From Lama guanicoe (lineage: Eukaryota): a stretch of 64,000 nt of DNA. Positions 39,012 through 52,792 of this stretch are shown here, piece after piece. The DNA is taken from contig MU053652.1 of the NCBI GenBank assembly GCA_013239625.1, positions 9,002,077-9,066,076 on the forward strand, written 5' to 3'. The translations under genes were made by a program, and so were the position numbers. The notes below the pieces were generated by a model. It was not told the DNA's origin. It saw only the letters and a program-made list of their open reading frames with translations, and made no database searches. The first letter of the stretch is position 1, and every line of letters starts with the position of its first letter.

Positions 39012-41305
39012 CTGGGAATATCTTTTGGGCACATCTGGAAATCTCTGCTCAGTGCATCTCCTGCCTCAGGGCTCAGCATCAGGGCCACTCTTGCTTCAAG
39101 ACATGACATCTTTACATCAAGACAACTTCATTAACAGGTGTAATTGTGTTCAAAGCGGACATTAGAATCCATAAATCAGGTATACTTTTGTCCTTGAGAT
39201 CACTAAGCCGAGCGCTAAGGCACAGGACTGGCAAGTTCTAACCTGAGTGAAGTCGAAGGGATGATGGAGAGTGGGACAGGGAGGAGCGTCAGTCACGGCG
39301 GCCTCTGGTCTCCCTGGGACGACACAGGAGGCGTGTGAGAACAAGGGCGTGAAGAATCGGGCCTTTCTAGGCTTGAGTCGTGGCCCTGTTGCTAACCGTG
39401 GCAGTTCCTAGGAGCTCAGTGTCCTCTGCTCGTAAAAGCAGGCAATACTAATGCCCACCTCAAATGACGCTGAGGACACTGATCAGGCGTGGCCCACAGA
39501 CCACACAACTTGGGCACATGTATGTAGATGCTCAGTGTTTTAGCTTTACCGTTATCCTTATCATCATTGTTGGTGTTGGTTTTATTATAATAGAAAAGAT
39601 AGACGCTTTAGGGACCGGGCTGCTGCTTTAAGGCAGGCATGACTCACTTCCCAGGTTTGCTTCAGGCACGTATGTTCTGTTGGAGCACCACTGTCCGCCT
39701 GGTGGGGACCGGGTGGGGAACGTAAAAGCTACGTATGCGCCGGGCCTCAGTGATTCCCGAGAAAAGAAAGGAGAGAGAACCCTGCCACGGCGAAACAAAC
39801 TTCTGTTATGGAAATGTGTTCCACGCAACACATGGAAATTAGCAGCCTTTATTCTTTTTTCCTTCTCACCACAAGCACATGCTGGATTATAAATATCGAC
39901 AGTATCTGAGTACTTTATCAGATCCAAATAAACAAATGTTTCTGTTGCTAGGAGTTTTCCTCTTTCCGTGAATTGGGAATTTTGCAACTAACAGAGTATC
40001 GCACTGTGAACACTGTATGTGTTTGATCCCGGTCTCTTGGTCTCCCTCATCCCCAGACACACAGGTAAAATACAAAGCATCCAGCCTGTGGTTTATTACC
40101 AAAACCCAAATGTCCTGACACCTGGGAGCACTGACCTGTGGTCCTGGGGAGTCAGAGTATTTAGATGCCAGGGTGGGGATTTTCTCCCTTCTTGTTGCTC
40201 AGAAAACATCACAAACCCACTAGACTCCAGATCCTGAGTCCCAGAGAATCCTGTTAGTGTCCATATTCAGATGGTTTTCAGCAGAGTTCTTTATAGTTGT
40301 ATCAAAGGGCAGCATAGGAAAATGAACACAGCTTCGGGAGTCACGCAGACTTAGATTTGGCCTCCGTTTCAGCCCTTACTGAACATGTGAGAGATTATCA
40401 TAGCAGTTTGAGACTCATTTGTCTCCCCCGCAAGGTGATGATAATCTGTGCTGAGGACTGAGGGGAGGAGGGGCGTATCAAGGGGCTGTGATTTCCACGG
40501 AGAACCTAAAGCTGGGGTGAGCAGGAGCTTCTCCTGCCAAGAAGGGGTAGAATAGGAGAGTGGCAACTGGGAAAATTAAGGCTTAGACACCAGTTTATGT
40601 CTCTGACATCCTATGACCCAGTAGTACCATTTCTAAGACTTCACTGCAGACATACACTCACACATGCAAAAATGCTTGCACAATGATGGTCACTGAAGTA
40701 ATAATAAAAACATTTTTGGAAAATGACCCCAGTGTCCCTTCATATATGAAGTATTGGTTAAATAAATCATGGCAGAGCCATTCAATATACCACGGTGGTA
40801 CAGCTATTAAAAACAGTGTGGTAGGTCTATATATACTGACATGAAAAAAATGCCCCAAAATATAAAATTAGGCCAATAGAGTAATTCAGAAAAATATATA
40901 TCATTATCCCATTTGTATAAAAAAATTTCTCCTTGAAACTGGCAGTAGTAGTTTTCACTAGGGAAAGGAGTTTGCTGGAGAACTTCACTGTCTATAACAC
41001 TCATTTTAGAAGTGATGGAATTTATCCCAATGAGCATGTATAATTTTTGCTATAAGGAAATATAAAGATTCACCTTAAAAATTGCAACCTTTCCAACCAA
41101 TGAAGAAGAAAGAGACACTGGAGTATTTTCAGCAGCAAAATAATAATTCACATTTAACAGAATCACTGGCAGCTGTGTTGATCGTGGAGCGTAGGGAGGG
41201 AAGACGGTGGTGGTGAGACCAGTTGTGAGGTTATTGAAATAACTGAGGCAGGAAATGGATGTGGCTTGGACCAGGGTTATGGGAGAAGGCATAGGATGAA
41301 GTGAC

Positions 41306-41684
41306 TGTCTTTGTTTTGATCTGTTCAGGCTGCTATAACAAAATGCCAAGACTGGGTGGCTTATAAACGGTGGAAACTCATTGCTCACAGTTCTGGAGAC
41401 TGGAAATCCAAGATCAGAATGCCAGCCCAGGGTTCTGGTAAAGGCCCTCTCTGGGTTGCAGACTTCTCCTTGTATCTTGGCAGAAGGGGTTAGGGAGCTC
41501 TGTGGGGTTTTTTGTTTCTTTCTTTCTTTGTTTTATAAAAGCACTATCCTCATTTATGAGGGTTCCACCCTCTTGACTTAAGCACCTCCCTAAGGCCCCA
41601 CCTCCAACTATCTTCACAGTGGACATTAGTGGATTTCAACATACGCATTTGGGGGGAGGGGGCACAAACATTCAGACCATAGCA
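41306..41684 (-). mobile_element. MLT1A-like MaLR LTR inserted in L2
   Basis: GGCTGCTATAACAAAATGCCAAGACTGGGTGGCTTATAAAC...CACAAACATTCAGACCATAGCA. Confidence 0.85.
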
Positions 41685-42929
41685 GTCCTGTATATGTTTT
41701 GAAGGTAGAGAAAGTACAGTTTGGTAATGAATTGGGTCTGCAGTATGAGAAGAAGAGAGGAGTCGTGGATAATTCCAGGTATTTCTGGTCTGAGCAACTG
41801 GAAGGAAGGAATTGTCCCACGAGACTTCTCTCTTGCCCCCAATGCACTATCTTCTGGTTTTGCTCCTTCTCCTGTGCACATTTTTTTCTTGGTAGTAGGT
41901 GAGAAGGCTGGTTACGATGCCCAACTAGCCAGTGTGTAAAGTATAACATTTTTTCCCTTGGTTTTCTTGAGATACAATTGACATATAACACGTGGAAGTT
42001 CAAGGTGTAAAGGAAGTTTAAGGTGTAAAGTGTGATGATTTGATATATGTGCACATCGTGAAATGACTAAAGCACAAATGGATGTATAAATTACCATCAG
42101 AGGGAAGAGGAAAGAGGAGCTATGGGCCAAGAACATCTGAAGGTTCACTCTCTTTAAGAGAAGGCCACTTTGGTAGGGAAATCGAAAGATGAATTCATAG
42201 ATCAAGGGAATAAACAGTGGAGTGAACTCTTAGAGCAGATTGTTCAAGAAAAGAGGTGGTTGTCATAAGCTTTAGTCTCCAACCTGAATTCATGCTGGAA
42301 CGTATTTGCATTACTTTCTGTGTCTTTGTACCGTGAGTTTCTTAAAGTTTATGTGACTTACGTATTTGAACAGTTTTCCTTTGGATTACTCTAATTTCGA
42401 GTTTAAACATTCATCGATGTTACATTTGATTTACTTTGAGTCGGCACTTTTGAAATGTAATGTTCGTTTATACACATATTTTATTTATTTAGTTACAAGT
42501 TCGTGGTGCAGAACTGTTGGTTTTCACCATTGACTTGGAGATTAGGGTGTGATTTTACCTGATTGAAGTATTTCGTTCTTAACTCCTGTAACTTAAATAT
42601 TTACTTTACTGCAGTGCACCAGTCTCAATTTCAAGTGAAAATCAACTTTAAAAGATAAAATTTGGTGCCATCCAGTGGCTATATTGTGAACTGCAGCATA
42701 AACTCAATTGTGAGAAGATAACTCACATTGAAACTGTAACTGGTTCCTTATTATACCCTGCAATTCAGAGACACCAATAACTATAAAAGAAAAATGGCAT
42801 AAGTTTGGAATTACTGTAAGCTGCAACATGGGATAATATAATATGGAAAAAAAAACATTGACTTAGGAGAATGGAGACAGATGTTCTGGAGCTGCTTCAT
42901 TTATAAAATAGGAATGTTACACTATGGCT

Positions 42930-43190
42930 GAGAGGTGGAAAACAAGATTCCTGGAACATAGCCCGCTGCCTCACCACCAACCCACCGGAAGAAAGTCACA
43001 CACCCTGCAGGCCTTACCTTAAATTTTACCTATAAAAATACTTCCCTGAAAACCATTGGGGATTTCGAGGTTTTTGAATATGAGCTGCCCATGCTCCTTG
43101 CTTGGCCCTGCAATAAACCTTTCTCTTCTCCAAACTCTGATGTTTAGGTTTGTTTGGCCTTACTGTGCACCAGGCGCACACACTTGCCCC
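42930..43190 (+). mobile_element. Partial ERV1-type LTR
   Basis: CCTATAAAAA TATA-like box, then CTTGCTTGGCCCTGCAATAAACCTTTCTC poly(A) region. Confidence 0.6.
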
Positions 43191-43882
43191 CTTTTCAGTC
43201 TCCACTTCCTCTCCTCCCGTTCTCTCGTGGATCTGCCCAGGTCAGGAGTTTACCCCCATCACTCTAGTTAAAGTTGTCCCAATCAGAGTCAGAAAGGACC
43301 TCTCCTGTTGGGAAATCCAGCGGTGTATTTAAGCCCTCATCTTTCTCACTCTATCAGAAGCATGCAGCCACTTTCTCTCCCTCACTGGTTGCTCCTTCTG
43401 CGTTTCCTTTGCTGGACCCTCTTTATTTTTCCAACTTCTGGTCCTCTTTCATTTTTCCATTCGCAGATCACTTTTCTTCTTCTGCATTCACTCCCTGGGT
43501 GACTTCGCCCGTTTCCATGGGTGGCTCCCATTTCCATGGCTTAAGTGCTATCGGTGGTACTTAAACATTAAGTACTTAAATTTGGGATGACTTCCAAATT
43601 TTTGTCTTCACTCAAGCCCTCTCTCCTGGACTTCAGACTTGTAAACCTGACACCTCCATCTAGGTGTCTAGGCATTTCAAAAATAGAAGCACTATAAATA
43701 TATTCTTGACTTTCTCCCTTAGATCTGTTCGGTCTCAGCTGTCTCCTTCACAGCAATAGGCAGCTCCGTTCTTCTCATTTCTCGGGCCAGAACCCAGGAG
43801 TCATTCTTGATCCCTCTCTTTCTCTTGTGCTCTACATTCAGTATGTTCAGAAAATTCTGTTGGTTCCATCTTTGAAATATAT

Positions 43883-45035
43883 TGTATCAGGATTCCATTA
43901 GAGAAGCAGAACCCTACGCAACCTGTATCTATATGTGAAAAGGATTTGGCCTTATAGAGCAATTGTAAACCTGGTCAAGCAGTCTCCATAAAATATTGTC
44001 ATCACATCTGATACTGGATCTTGAAGCCTACAGCTCAGCTAGTCAGGATGGGAAGATCCGTATCTATATCAATATATAGATTTATTTATCAATATCTGTA
44101 TAAATGTTTCTGGATATATTTATGGATATCTTTATCTATATACAGATGGATATATACATATATCATTCTGCTCCCATATCTTCCAGAAGAATCTACTCAG
44201 ACCCACCCTAATCAAAAACTTACATGATAAAGAATTCTGAAAAATGTTGTTCAACCTAGCCAAACTGATAAGCCACCACAGTCCAATCCCTGCTTACTTG
44301 GCATCCACACATATTTCTTAAACCAAAGTTGATCTCAAATGATGACAGGAAGGCAGTCATACTTCCACCTCACCTGCTGCAACTCTATCACGTACAACTG
44401 AAAAGCATTCTAACGCTTTCCCCAGGAGAGGCTATAGGTCTCTTTTCTGTCCTTGGGTGTTCCTCCTTCTCCTGGCTGGTCTGCACTCCCCCTTTGATAT
44501 CCTCTTCACTTAAACACTTAGTTACCTACTATTAATACAACGTATGCTAGATAATAAAGGGTGAAAAGGGTAGGAAAACAAAAATATTCACATAAAAATA
44601 AGTAAAAACACTCATAAATTTCACAGTCCTCATTTCCGCAACAGAGCACGTGGTGGTAGCTCATGTTTATAACACCATCCTTTCCTGCCTCTTCCGTAGT
44701 TCCTTTGCCCTGAGGATTTACCACAACTGGTCATGACTCTGCCTGGTGAGGCGACCCTAAATTTCATTCCCAAGGAGTCCGAGCCATCGGAAGTTCTGCT
44801 TGAATTGATTGTTGCTGTTCTCCACGGACTTTACTCACAGAACCTGACAGTGATAGGAGGTGTCTCTCATCACGTACTGACAATCTTGAGCTCCCCCTTT
44901 TCACTCAGGACCACCCAGCCCCTAGCAGGACAGCCATCCCTTCTCCTGCCTGTTGATTCGGTGTCACGAGGAGCTCAGAGTGGTCAGGTGCCAGTTCTCA
45001 CCCCCAGTTCAATGGGGCCATTGTTGTGACCCTGA
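43883..45035 (-). mobile_element. MLT2 LTR (43883-44280) plus ERVL internal remnant
   Basis: TGTATCAGGATTCCATTAGAGAAGCAGAACC...AGCCAAACTGATAAGCCACCACA, then ERVL-like internal sequence. Confidence 0.65.
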
Positions 45036-45158
45036 AGAGTAAGATTTTTATTTTTTTTTACTGGGTGTTACACTGGTTTATTTTCTAAGTTTCACATGTA
45101 CACTATATTTGTACTTCTGTATACACTACAGGATTCTCACCACCCAAAATTATAGTTT

Positions 45159-45653
45159 TGTAAAGTAAAATTCACATTTTATGGCAAGACACGAAAAATT
45201 TAAACAAACAAAAACACGTCTCTGCCCTTTGGCCTCCTCTCTCTACCCCAGCCTCCTCTCCCCCCGCACTGTGCACTGTGTGTCTGCACTGTGCATCCAC
45301 CCCGCCTCCCCCATCGGCAGGAGTACCTGCCCAACCGTGCAGGCCAACATCCTCCCAGCAGCAGCAGGACAGCTCCTTACAAGATAACATTCCTTCTGGA
45401 GCCTGTGAGGAGCCACGATGACCCACCACTTTGTATTTAAAGACCTGGATTGTGTAAACGGTCGAAAATACATCATTTAAAGTATAGCCTTCTGTCTCAA
45501 AAAAAAAGCTTACATAACTGTGCCTTGACTTCTAAAGGGCAGAGCGGTTCTCAGAGCTCTCTGAGATGCTGTTCCCAGGTTATAATCCTCAATTTGACTA
45601 AAATAAAATTTCCCATTTCTTTCTTAGATCGACTGATTAATTTTTCACCGACA
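45159..45653 (+). mobile_element. Solo LTR (ERV1-like), copy A, nested in an L1 tail
   Basis: TG...CA termini; GTTT/ATTT near-TSD; AATAAA at ~45602; homologous to 48883-49332. Confidence 0.8.
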
Positions 45654-48569
45654 ATTTCCATCTGCCACCACGGAGGGTAAGTTTAACACAAGCAGAGTGT
45701 TAGGAAATCCATTGAGGCTGAACGTGTAAGCCACATCCTCCTCCTGGCTTTTGTCAACAGTAAAGATGATGCTTTGGGCTCTGTCAGATTCCTGCATCTA
45801 TTGGGGTAGGGAGAGCAGAGTGCCATTTATTGTCTTTTTAAAGCCACAGTCACACTGTCTACAAAATTAAAATAAATATAAATATTTTATTTTTAAAATT
45901 ATACCCAGTCAAGCTAATGTAGACATTTAGGGAGGTGTGCTTTCAGGATTTATGCTGAGCTCACTCTGAGTTTTCAGGGATCCCGTTGCACGTGTCTGTG
46001 TTCTGTTTGGGGGTCCAATCAGGCCCTTATAAGGACATCACTGCTGAACATCTTGAACCCTCAAAGTTGCCACAACTGAAGTTCCAGTTGCCAGGGCTCC
46101 ATTTCCTCATGGATGACAGGTATAGTCTTTCCCAGCTTTGGTTCATGCAAACTGGTTTCTGATTTCACACAATGTAAGGGAGGTTGGCCTTGACGTACGT
46201 ATGTGCATGGGGAAGAGGTAATTGGTTAAAAAAGTAAAGTGCAGCAGCGGCAGTCTTTGAATTTAGCCTGTAAAGCATTTATTAACTGAAATATTTTGCA
46301 CTTCTTTTTCCAGTTATGTACATATTTTTTGCTTTCAAAATACTTTGACAGTTGTAACCAGAGAAATAGAAAGAATGGAAGTTTTCAAATAAAAGTGCAT
46401 TTATAAAGCATTTGTATCAGAATACAATCAATCTCCCCCGAAGTCACTTATCACCTGTGTTGTTCAAAAGCAACTGCATATTCTAATTGCTAGTAGCAAG
46501 CTGTATAACTGAAAAAAAAAAAGATCATCTAATCCAATCTAAATCCCTTTCCAAGAGACTCAATCAGTGATGGTGTTTAGAAAAAATGCAATAAAAAAAA
46601 CCTGTTCACCTTGTAGCCATTATTGCATGTTTATTGCTGAGATAAACTTCTGGTTTGGTTGCCACTGAGGGATTTTTCTTTGAAACTGTGAAAATCAAGG
46701 TAACAGTTTATTTTCAGCCTTTTGTTACTATGGAAGTATTCATTATCTTGGAACATCTAATGCAAAGGAAACAAATAGAAATATAGAAGGCATTAATGCA
46801 ATATGAACTTGTGACCCCCATCACTAAAGCTCAAAGGAGTCTCTTTCCTTTCCTTTCTCAGTAGATTGTTTGAAACTGAGCTGTGAGAATATGGGATGGT
46901 AGCTGAGGGAGTCCATTAAGTAAAGTCTGGGGGAGCTAAACCAGGATCCTGCTGCCTGTTAATGCTCACACAGGATTTCAGCCTAGGGAGTGGGGAGGCA
47001 GAGAAAGAGAAAAGGTGAAAAATTTGAGTGTTTGGCTTGGCAACGTTGCTGTGACTAAAGCTTGGCCATTGTGTCTTTGGGAGAGTCAGGTAAATGCTCC
47101 AAGCCCCAGTTTTGATCATTTTCCATTTCCTTTAAATGGATGGAGGCAATAAATGAGACGTGTCATAAATGAAAGCCAGGTTGCTCTCATCAGTGAGTGT
47201 CTCCCAAACAATTCAGACAGCATCCCTTTCATACCTTCTAACTAACCAGGTGTTCTCTCGCCATCCACTCCTGGTCCTTGACTCTCAGTACCAATCTCAC
47301 TACAACTCTTAGGTCTTATCTCCACCCCACATTGATACTCATGGGAAGTTTGAAGTGCTAATGTCATTTTAAAGATACGTATGTTGAAATAAATCTATTT
47401 ATCTTCGTAGCAGCAGCAGTTGACTGAACACAAGCCACCTCTTTCCTGCTGCTGCTTCTTCACTCAAAATAGACAGTTACGGGGAACAGTAGTAGGTGTT
47501 GCTGGTGAGAGGCTGAAGGAAACATGCAGGAGAGGAAGTTTTTTGCCCTCTTGCTCAAATTTATCTTTGTCTGTGCGAGATGGCTATGAATGGCTGGAAA
47601 TAAAGACATCCTGGCTGGGTGACGGGTGATGCAGCATGGTTATTAAAACTTTAAAGTCAGCTGTGTGAGAAGTTGGCCACCAAGAGCTAAAACATATCTT
47701 GGAATTGCCTGTCCCATCCTTTATTTCTGAATGATCACAATTAGACCTCTGATATTTAATCTAGTGATTTTTTCTTCCTCTCCCTTCTCTTCCAACTTCT
47801 CCTTCTTTTTGTCTTAATTAAGAGCAGCATACTTTCTGGTGGGGATGGCAGATTTGGTGGGGGTGAAGGGCCGGGGAGACGTCCCATGGGCAATGAGTAT
47901 CTTCATTCACAATTTCCATTTTACACACTTACCTCACCTTGGGTATGTTCGTTTAGGCAAAATCAAAGTATTGGCTTGCTTTTTACCCAAGTTCTGCAAC
48001 CACTTTGCCAGTCCCCAGTCTCCTTCCCAAGCATTCCAACTCTCCGTAATTTCATAGTTGGTATGTCCTAAGTATGACCCAAACTTTTGCCTCTTAGAAC
48101 TTTAATTTTACTTTCATTTGTGCATTACTGGTCATCTTCAAACACCTATGCTCTTTTCCCACATTTTTCTCCAAAGGACCTTGTTGCCAACATAAAATTT
48201 CTCTATTTGTCTCTCTTTAAAGGGATTCCTTCAGGATGTTCCAGATACCACTTCTTCTCCACCCCTGACCTTGAACCTACCCATTTCTTTCAGTTCAGAC
48301 AGCATGAAGTCTACACCCAAGCCTTGGAAATGATTTACGTTATCTAGTATGGATGGACTATATTTCCTATTGGTTTTGAAGGTGAAAGAAGCAAGGATCC
48401 AGACTCAGAGAGGCTGCCACCCACAAAAGGTAAAAGCTCTCATGTTTCAGGACCATTTGTAAGCAGGCAAGTTCTAGGACAGCAAATTGTATAGAAAGCA
48501 GTAGCCTTACAAAAAAAAATTTATTAATCCAGGTTCAAATTCACAAATTACTTTTTTCTGAGAAGAATC

Positions 48570-48790
48570 ATAGCATAGTGGTTAAGAGCATGAGCTTTGG
48601 AGTCCACCAGGGACTTGACCTAAGCTTAGCTCCTCAGCAGGGAGCTGAGTGTCCTCACTTATCTAAGCCTCAGTTTTCTCAAATTGATTGAGGCTAGTAG
48701 TATCCACCTCATGAGATATTTTATGGCTTGCATGAGATACTATAAGTTTAGCACTTTTCATAATACTTGACATATTGGTGTTCAAACATG
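48570..48790. mobile_element. MIR
   Basis: GCATAGTGGTTAAGAGCATGAGCTTTGGAGTC...CTAAGCCTCAGTTTTCTCA. Confidence 0.75.
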
Positions 48791-48882
48791 GTAACATTTC
48801 TTGTTACCACTTTATTACCATATAATCACCTCATTATTTGTGTTTAACACTGTATATACACTTATATTTTTGAATTTCTTCC

Positions 48883-49332
48883 TGTTGATGAAAAATTAAT
48901 CAGTTGATCTGAAAAAAAAAAAGAAAAAAATTTTATTCAAGGCAAATTGAGGATTTTAACCTGGAAATAGCATCCCAGAAGCCAAGGCACAGTTGTGTAA
49001 GTTTTCTGAGACAGAAGGCTGTACTTTAAATGGCTGAACTTTAAATGTTTTTGACAATTTACACGATCTAGATCTGTAGATACAGAAGTGGTGGGTCATA
49101 GTAACCTCTTAGAGGATCAAGAGGGAATGTTATCTTGTAAGGAGTTGTCTTGTTGGTGCTGGGAGAATGTTGCTCTTTGTGGTTGAGCAGGTATGTCTGC
49201 CGATGAGGATGTGTGGTTGGTGCATAGTGCAGATACACAGTGCAGAGTGGAGCGGGGGGGAGGAGACCAAAGGGCAGATACAATCTTTTATGTTTTTCTT
49301 ATCTTGCCATAAAGTATGAATTTTATTTCACA
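48883..49332 (-). mobile_element. Solo LTR of the same family, copy B
   Basis: Reverse complement aligns to 45159-45653 (e.g. CTCCTTACAAGATAACATTCC, ATGACCCACCACTT). Confidence 0.8.
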
Positions 49333-50759
49333 CTTAGAACTTTCTAAAATACACGTTATATTCTTGGATTCTGACCTGTGTCTTCACCACTTTTCACTTC
49401 ACCACTCTCTGTTGTTCATGCTTCTTTTTTTTCACCCCCATAGAAACCATTAGGGTTATGGTTTTCGTGTATTTTAGGCTCATTTGCAGCATGCTTTTCA
49501 CTGGTACTCTATAGAGAACATTTAGGGACTCATCAGTTTCCTGTAAGAATCCAGTATTTGTGTTTATATAGTTTTCCAGCATTTCTGCTTTACATGCCTG
49601 GGTTCAGGACTCCATCTTCTCCATGAAAGGAAAGTAACACAAGCCAGTCATCAAAATATTGTTAAGAATACTATGCCAAGAATTCAGATAAAGGAGCTCA
49701 GGTCCCTAGGAGCTTGTATTGGGGTATTTCTACAAGTTTATATATTCTCCATTATGTCTTGAGTCTAGAGAAGTAGATCTTGAGGTTAATCCAAGTCCAC
49801 TTTTGATTATCCAGATAAAACCTTTTAAATGAAAAAGGTGGTTCTTCAGCCAGGATGCTGAGTCTTTAAGATCTTATCTGGTTGATCAGTTAGCCCCTCC
49901 ACTCAGTCTCCTCCTCCTTTCCCAACATTGCTCTTCCCAAGCTGTCCACTTCCCCACTCCTCCACTCCATTTGAACGCTAAATAATAATAGCCAGTGCTG
50001 TTAAGTTGAATTTCCACCCATCAGTAGCAGAGCTTTATAAATTCTCCAACTGAAACACATTAGTATGTGTGCATATTCCTCAGTGTTGACATTACATGAT
50101 ATTTTAACAAGATTCACATGATAACCCACACCTGTCATTCCCTGTTTTACATGCTATCATGACAAGTCACCAAAATTCAACAAAGGGAAGACGATCAGTT
50201 TCAAGGACTGCTACTATTATAAGGAGAAGAGTTGAGTAATCATTAGTGCCAGGAAATTAAAAAAAAAAGTCCAGATACGCTGTGGTAATTTTGTTTGCTC
50301 CAAATGACATTAGCAAACATGTAGAGTATTATTGGATAATATTTCTAGTTACAATTGTATCAAATATAATTTATAATAAATGATATCTAAAGCTGATAAA
50401 TTCCATTTTAACAAAATTGCATCAGCAAGTTATTCAAACTCATTAAACCTCAAAACGAAAATATAATCAAAGTAAAATAATTATAAGGCATGTTGGCTTT
50501 TGCTGAGAAATCTTTCCATTTAAAAGTGAATTTAGATAGGGGGGTCCCAAGACTCTAGAAAGAGTTTTACATACCACATGCTCATACGATCTTTAATGTT
50601 AATTGATTTAGACGGACAAATATTGATGTGCTTGCTATGTAAAGGAGCTTTAAAAATCTTATCAACCTTAAATTTTATAATTCAGGAGTTATAACTTTAA
50701 AAAACAGGTTTTTTAAAAAATATCAACATGATCAAGTTATGCTGATTATTATCTGAGTG

Positions 50760-52150
50760 CTCTGTCACACCCATTCTCCAGGTTTTTAACTTGTTCTGTG
50801 CCCCACTCAGGAGGTTGACCTCTACACATTGCATCCCCAGAGTTTGCCCTAAGATTGTTTGTTGATTTGGGTTGATGTCATACTCTGGCCACAGTTTGGT
50901 GTATGGGAAGTAAAAGATGCCAAGGGACTCTGAGTTAGCAATCTTGCTGAGACTCTGGCTGATATTGGTCCCAGAAGTGATCCTCAAAACGGGATTCTGA
51001 GGTTGGGATGCTCACATATTTGAGCGTGTAGATACCTACCTTATTGGGAGGAAATGGGATGCACCAACATCACTCAGATTATCATTGAAGGTGGCATATG
51101 ATGGAGTACAGGAAGAGAAGAACTTAGTGAAGGATCAAATAGTTGTTCAGTTAGTTGCTATGACAACCATGGAATGGACTGGACACTTCTGGCTACTCTG
51201 GAGAGTGTACATAAAGATAAACTTAAAGTTTTGAATTTCCAGCTCAAAGCACTAGTCAATGAAAAATCTCAATAGTTTTATTAATCAGAAACACCAAGGA
51301 TCCAGATTTTGCAGGCAAGAAGGTTTGGGTAACTCCACTATATAAAGAATTCTGTTCAGCCCAGGAGCTGATAGAGAGTAAGGGAATGAGTGGGAAAACA
51401 GAGAAGCTATTATTATCAGTTTAGGTCTTGTGATCAACTACAGAACACTGTAGCAACAGTTTTAGGTTAATTGTTTTTTCCCCTTTCCTTCTTACATTTG
51501 ATGAAGAATGCTATTGGTGGCAAACATCACAGTTTAGATTCCAGGGGTGGGAAGTGTGACAGAACTGACATCACTTGACGATGATACTATGGCTGTGATA
51601 CTTTGTGTTTTCCTGTGTTGGGGTCACAAGTTCTTCTTCCAGGCAAAGGTCAGGAGTGAAGGCTGATGGACAGTAGGGTTATTCTCTGTTTGTGTACCCC
51701 CACCTCATACCTTGCTCCATACCATGCCCTTTACCCTCTGTGGCTCAGGACACTGACCTCTGTAGATTTGTTTACCAGGCTTCCCTTGCCCTTTGGCTTC
51801 TAGGTGGGTTTTGCCGAAGGGAGGCAGCAGCAGGGTATTGGATGGTGAGAGGAGAAGGATGTTGAGGGGGGTGTTCCCTCTGTCCCTAACCTTTGCTTGG
51901 CCACAGTTTTGGCAGCGGCCTATGTTTTATAGTTACAGTGTCTGTCCAGCTCTGCCTCTTCTATGGCTCCAAGCCTTTACTGGGCTCTGGAAACACTGCT
52001 CCCCATTCTTGTCCCTTCAGTTGTGAAGTAGCAATGATTTCCCACTCCTGCTGATCCCTGGGTGTTTTGCCAAGCCTTTGGGTTCCCTTAACCTTGCCTG
52101 TACCTCTTTCACAGCACTCTTCTCAGTTACAGCCTTTGTGTCAGCCATTT
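50760..52150. mobile_element. ERVL internal remnants plus LTR16-like LTR
   Basis: ATTGGTCCCAGAAGTGATCCTCAAAACGGGATTCTGAG; CCAGGCTTCCCTTGCCCTTTGGCTTCTAGGTGGGTTT. Confidence 0.55.
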
Positions 52151-52750
52151 CTCTCCTGCTGGTCCATTAATGCACCATGGTAGGAAGAACAAATTGGGAT
52201 GGGCTGGGTGAGGATAGCCATTAGTAGTGAGATGTGGCTACAGGTGGTGGAGAAAATGTAGCTAGGAAGGCAGAACACAGAGTACAGAGAATGTGGGTCT
52301 AGACATTAGTTGGCATTCCAATGATCTATGTTTGCTTTTGTGTCAATGCCATGCTGTTTTGATGACTGTAGCTTTGTAGTATTATCTAAAGTCTGGGAGG
52401 GTTATGCCTCTAGATTTTTCTTTTTCCTCAGAATTGCTTCAGCAATTTGGGCTCTTCTGTGGTTCCACATAAATTTTATGATTATTTGTTCTAGCTCTGT
52501 AAAACATGTCATGGGTAATTTGATAGGGTGGTGTCACTCTTTTTAATTAAAGCACTGGTTTATCCCTTGGTCCAATGGAGTTGATAATTCTTTTTTTTTT
52601 TAATCTATTTTGTATACATTTTTATTAGAGTATTTTTCTTACCTGTGAATCTGATATAGTCAAGATTGAGGACTGCTGAATTAGACATAAATTCATCCTA
52701 AACTGATATCGTAATTGGTCCTTAGAAAATGGAGTGCGCTGTACCTTGTG

Positions 52751-52752
<2 letters not shown>

Positions 52753-52790
<38 letters not shown>
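52753..52790. repeat. (GT)19 microsatellite
   Basis: Directly visible. Confidence 0.95.

Positions 52791-52792
<2 letters not shown>

Noticed and set aside
46610..46685. Minus-strand 76-nt exon-like unit (SKKNPSVATKPEVYLSNKHAIMAT)
   Set aside because: Hits a stop when joined to the nearest 27-nt candidate; too little support
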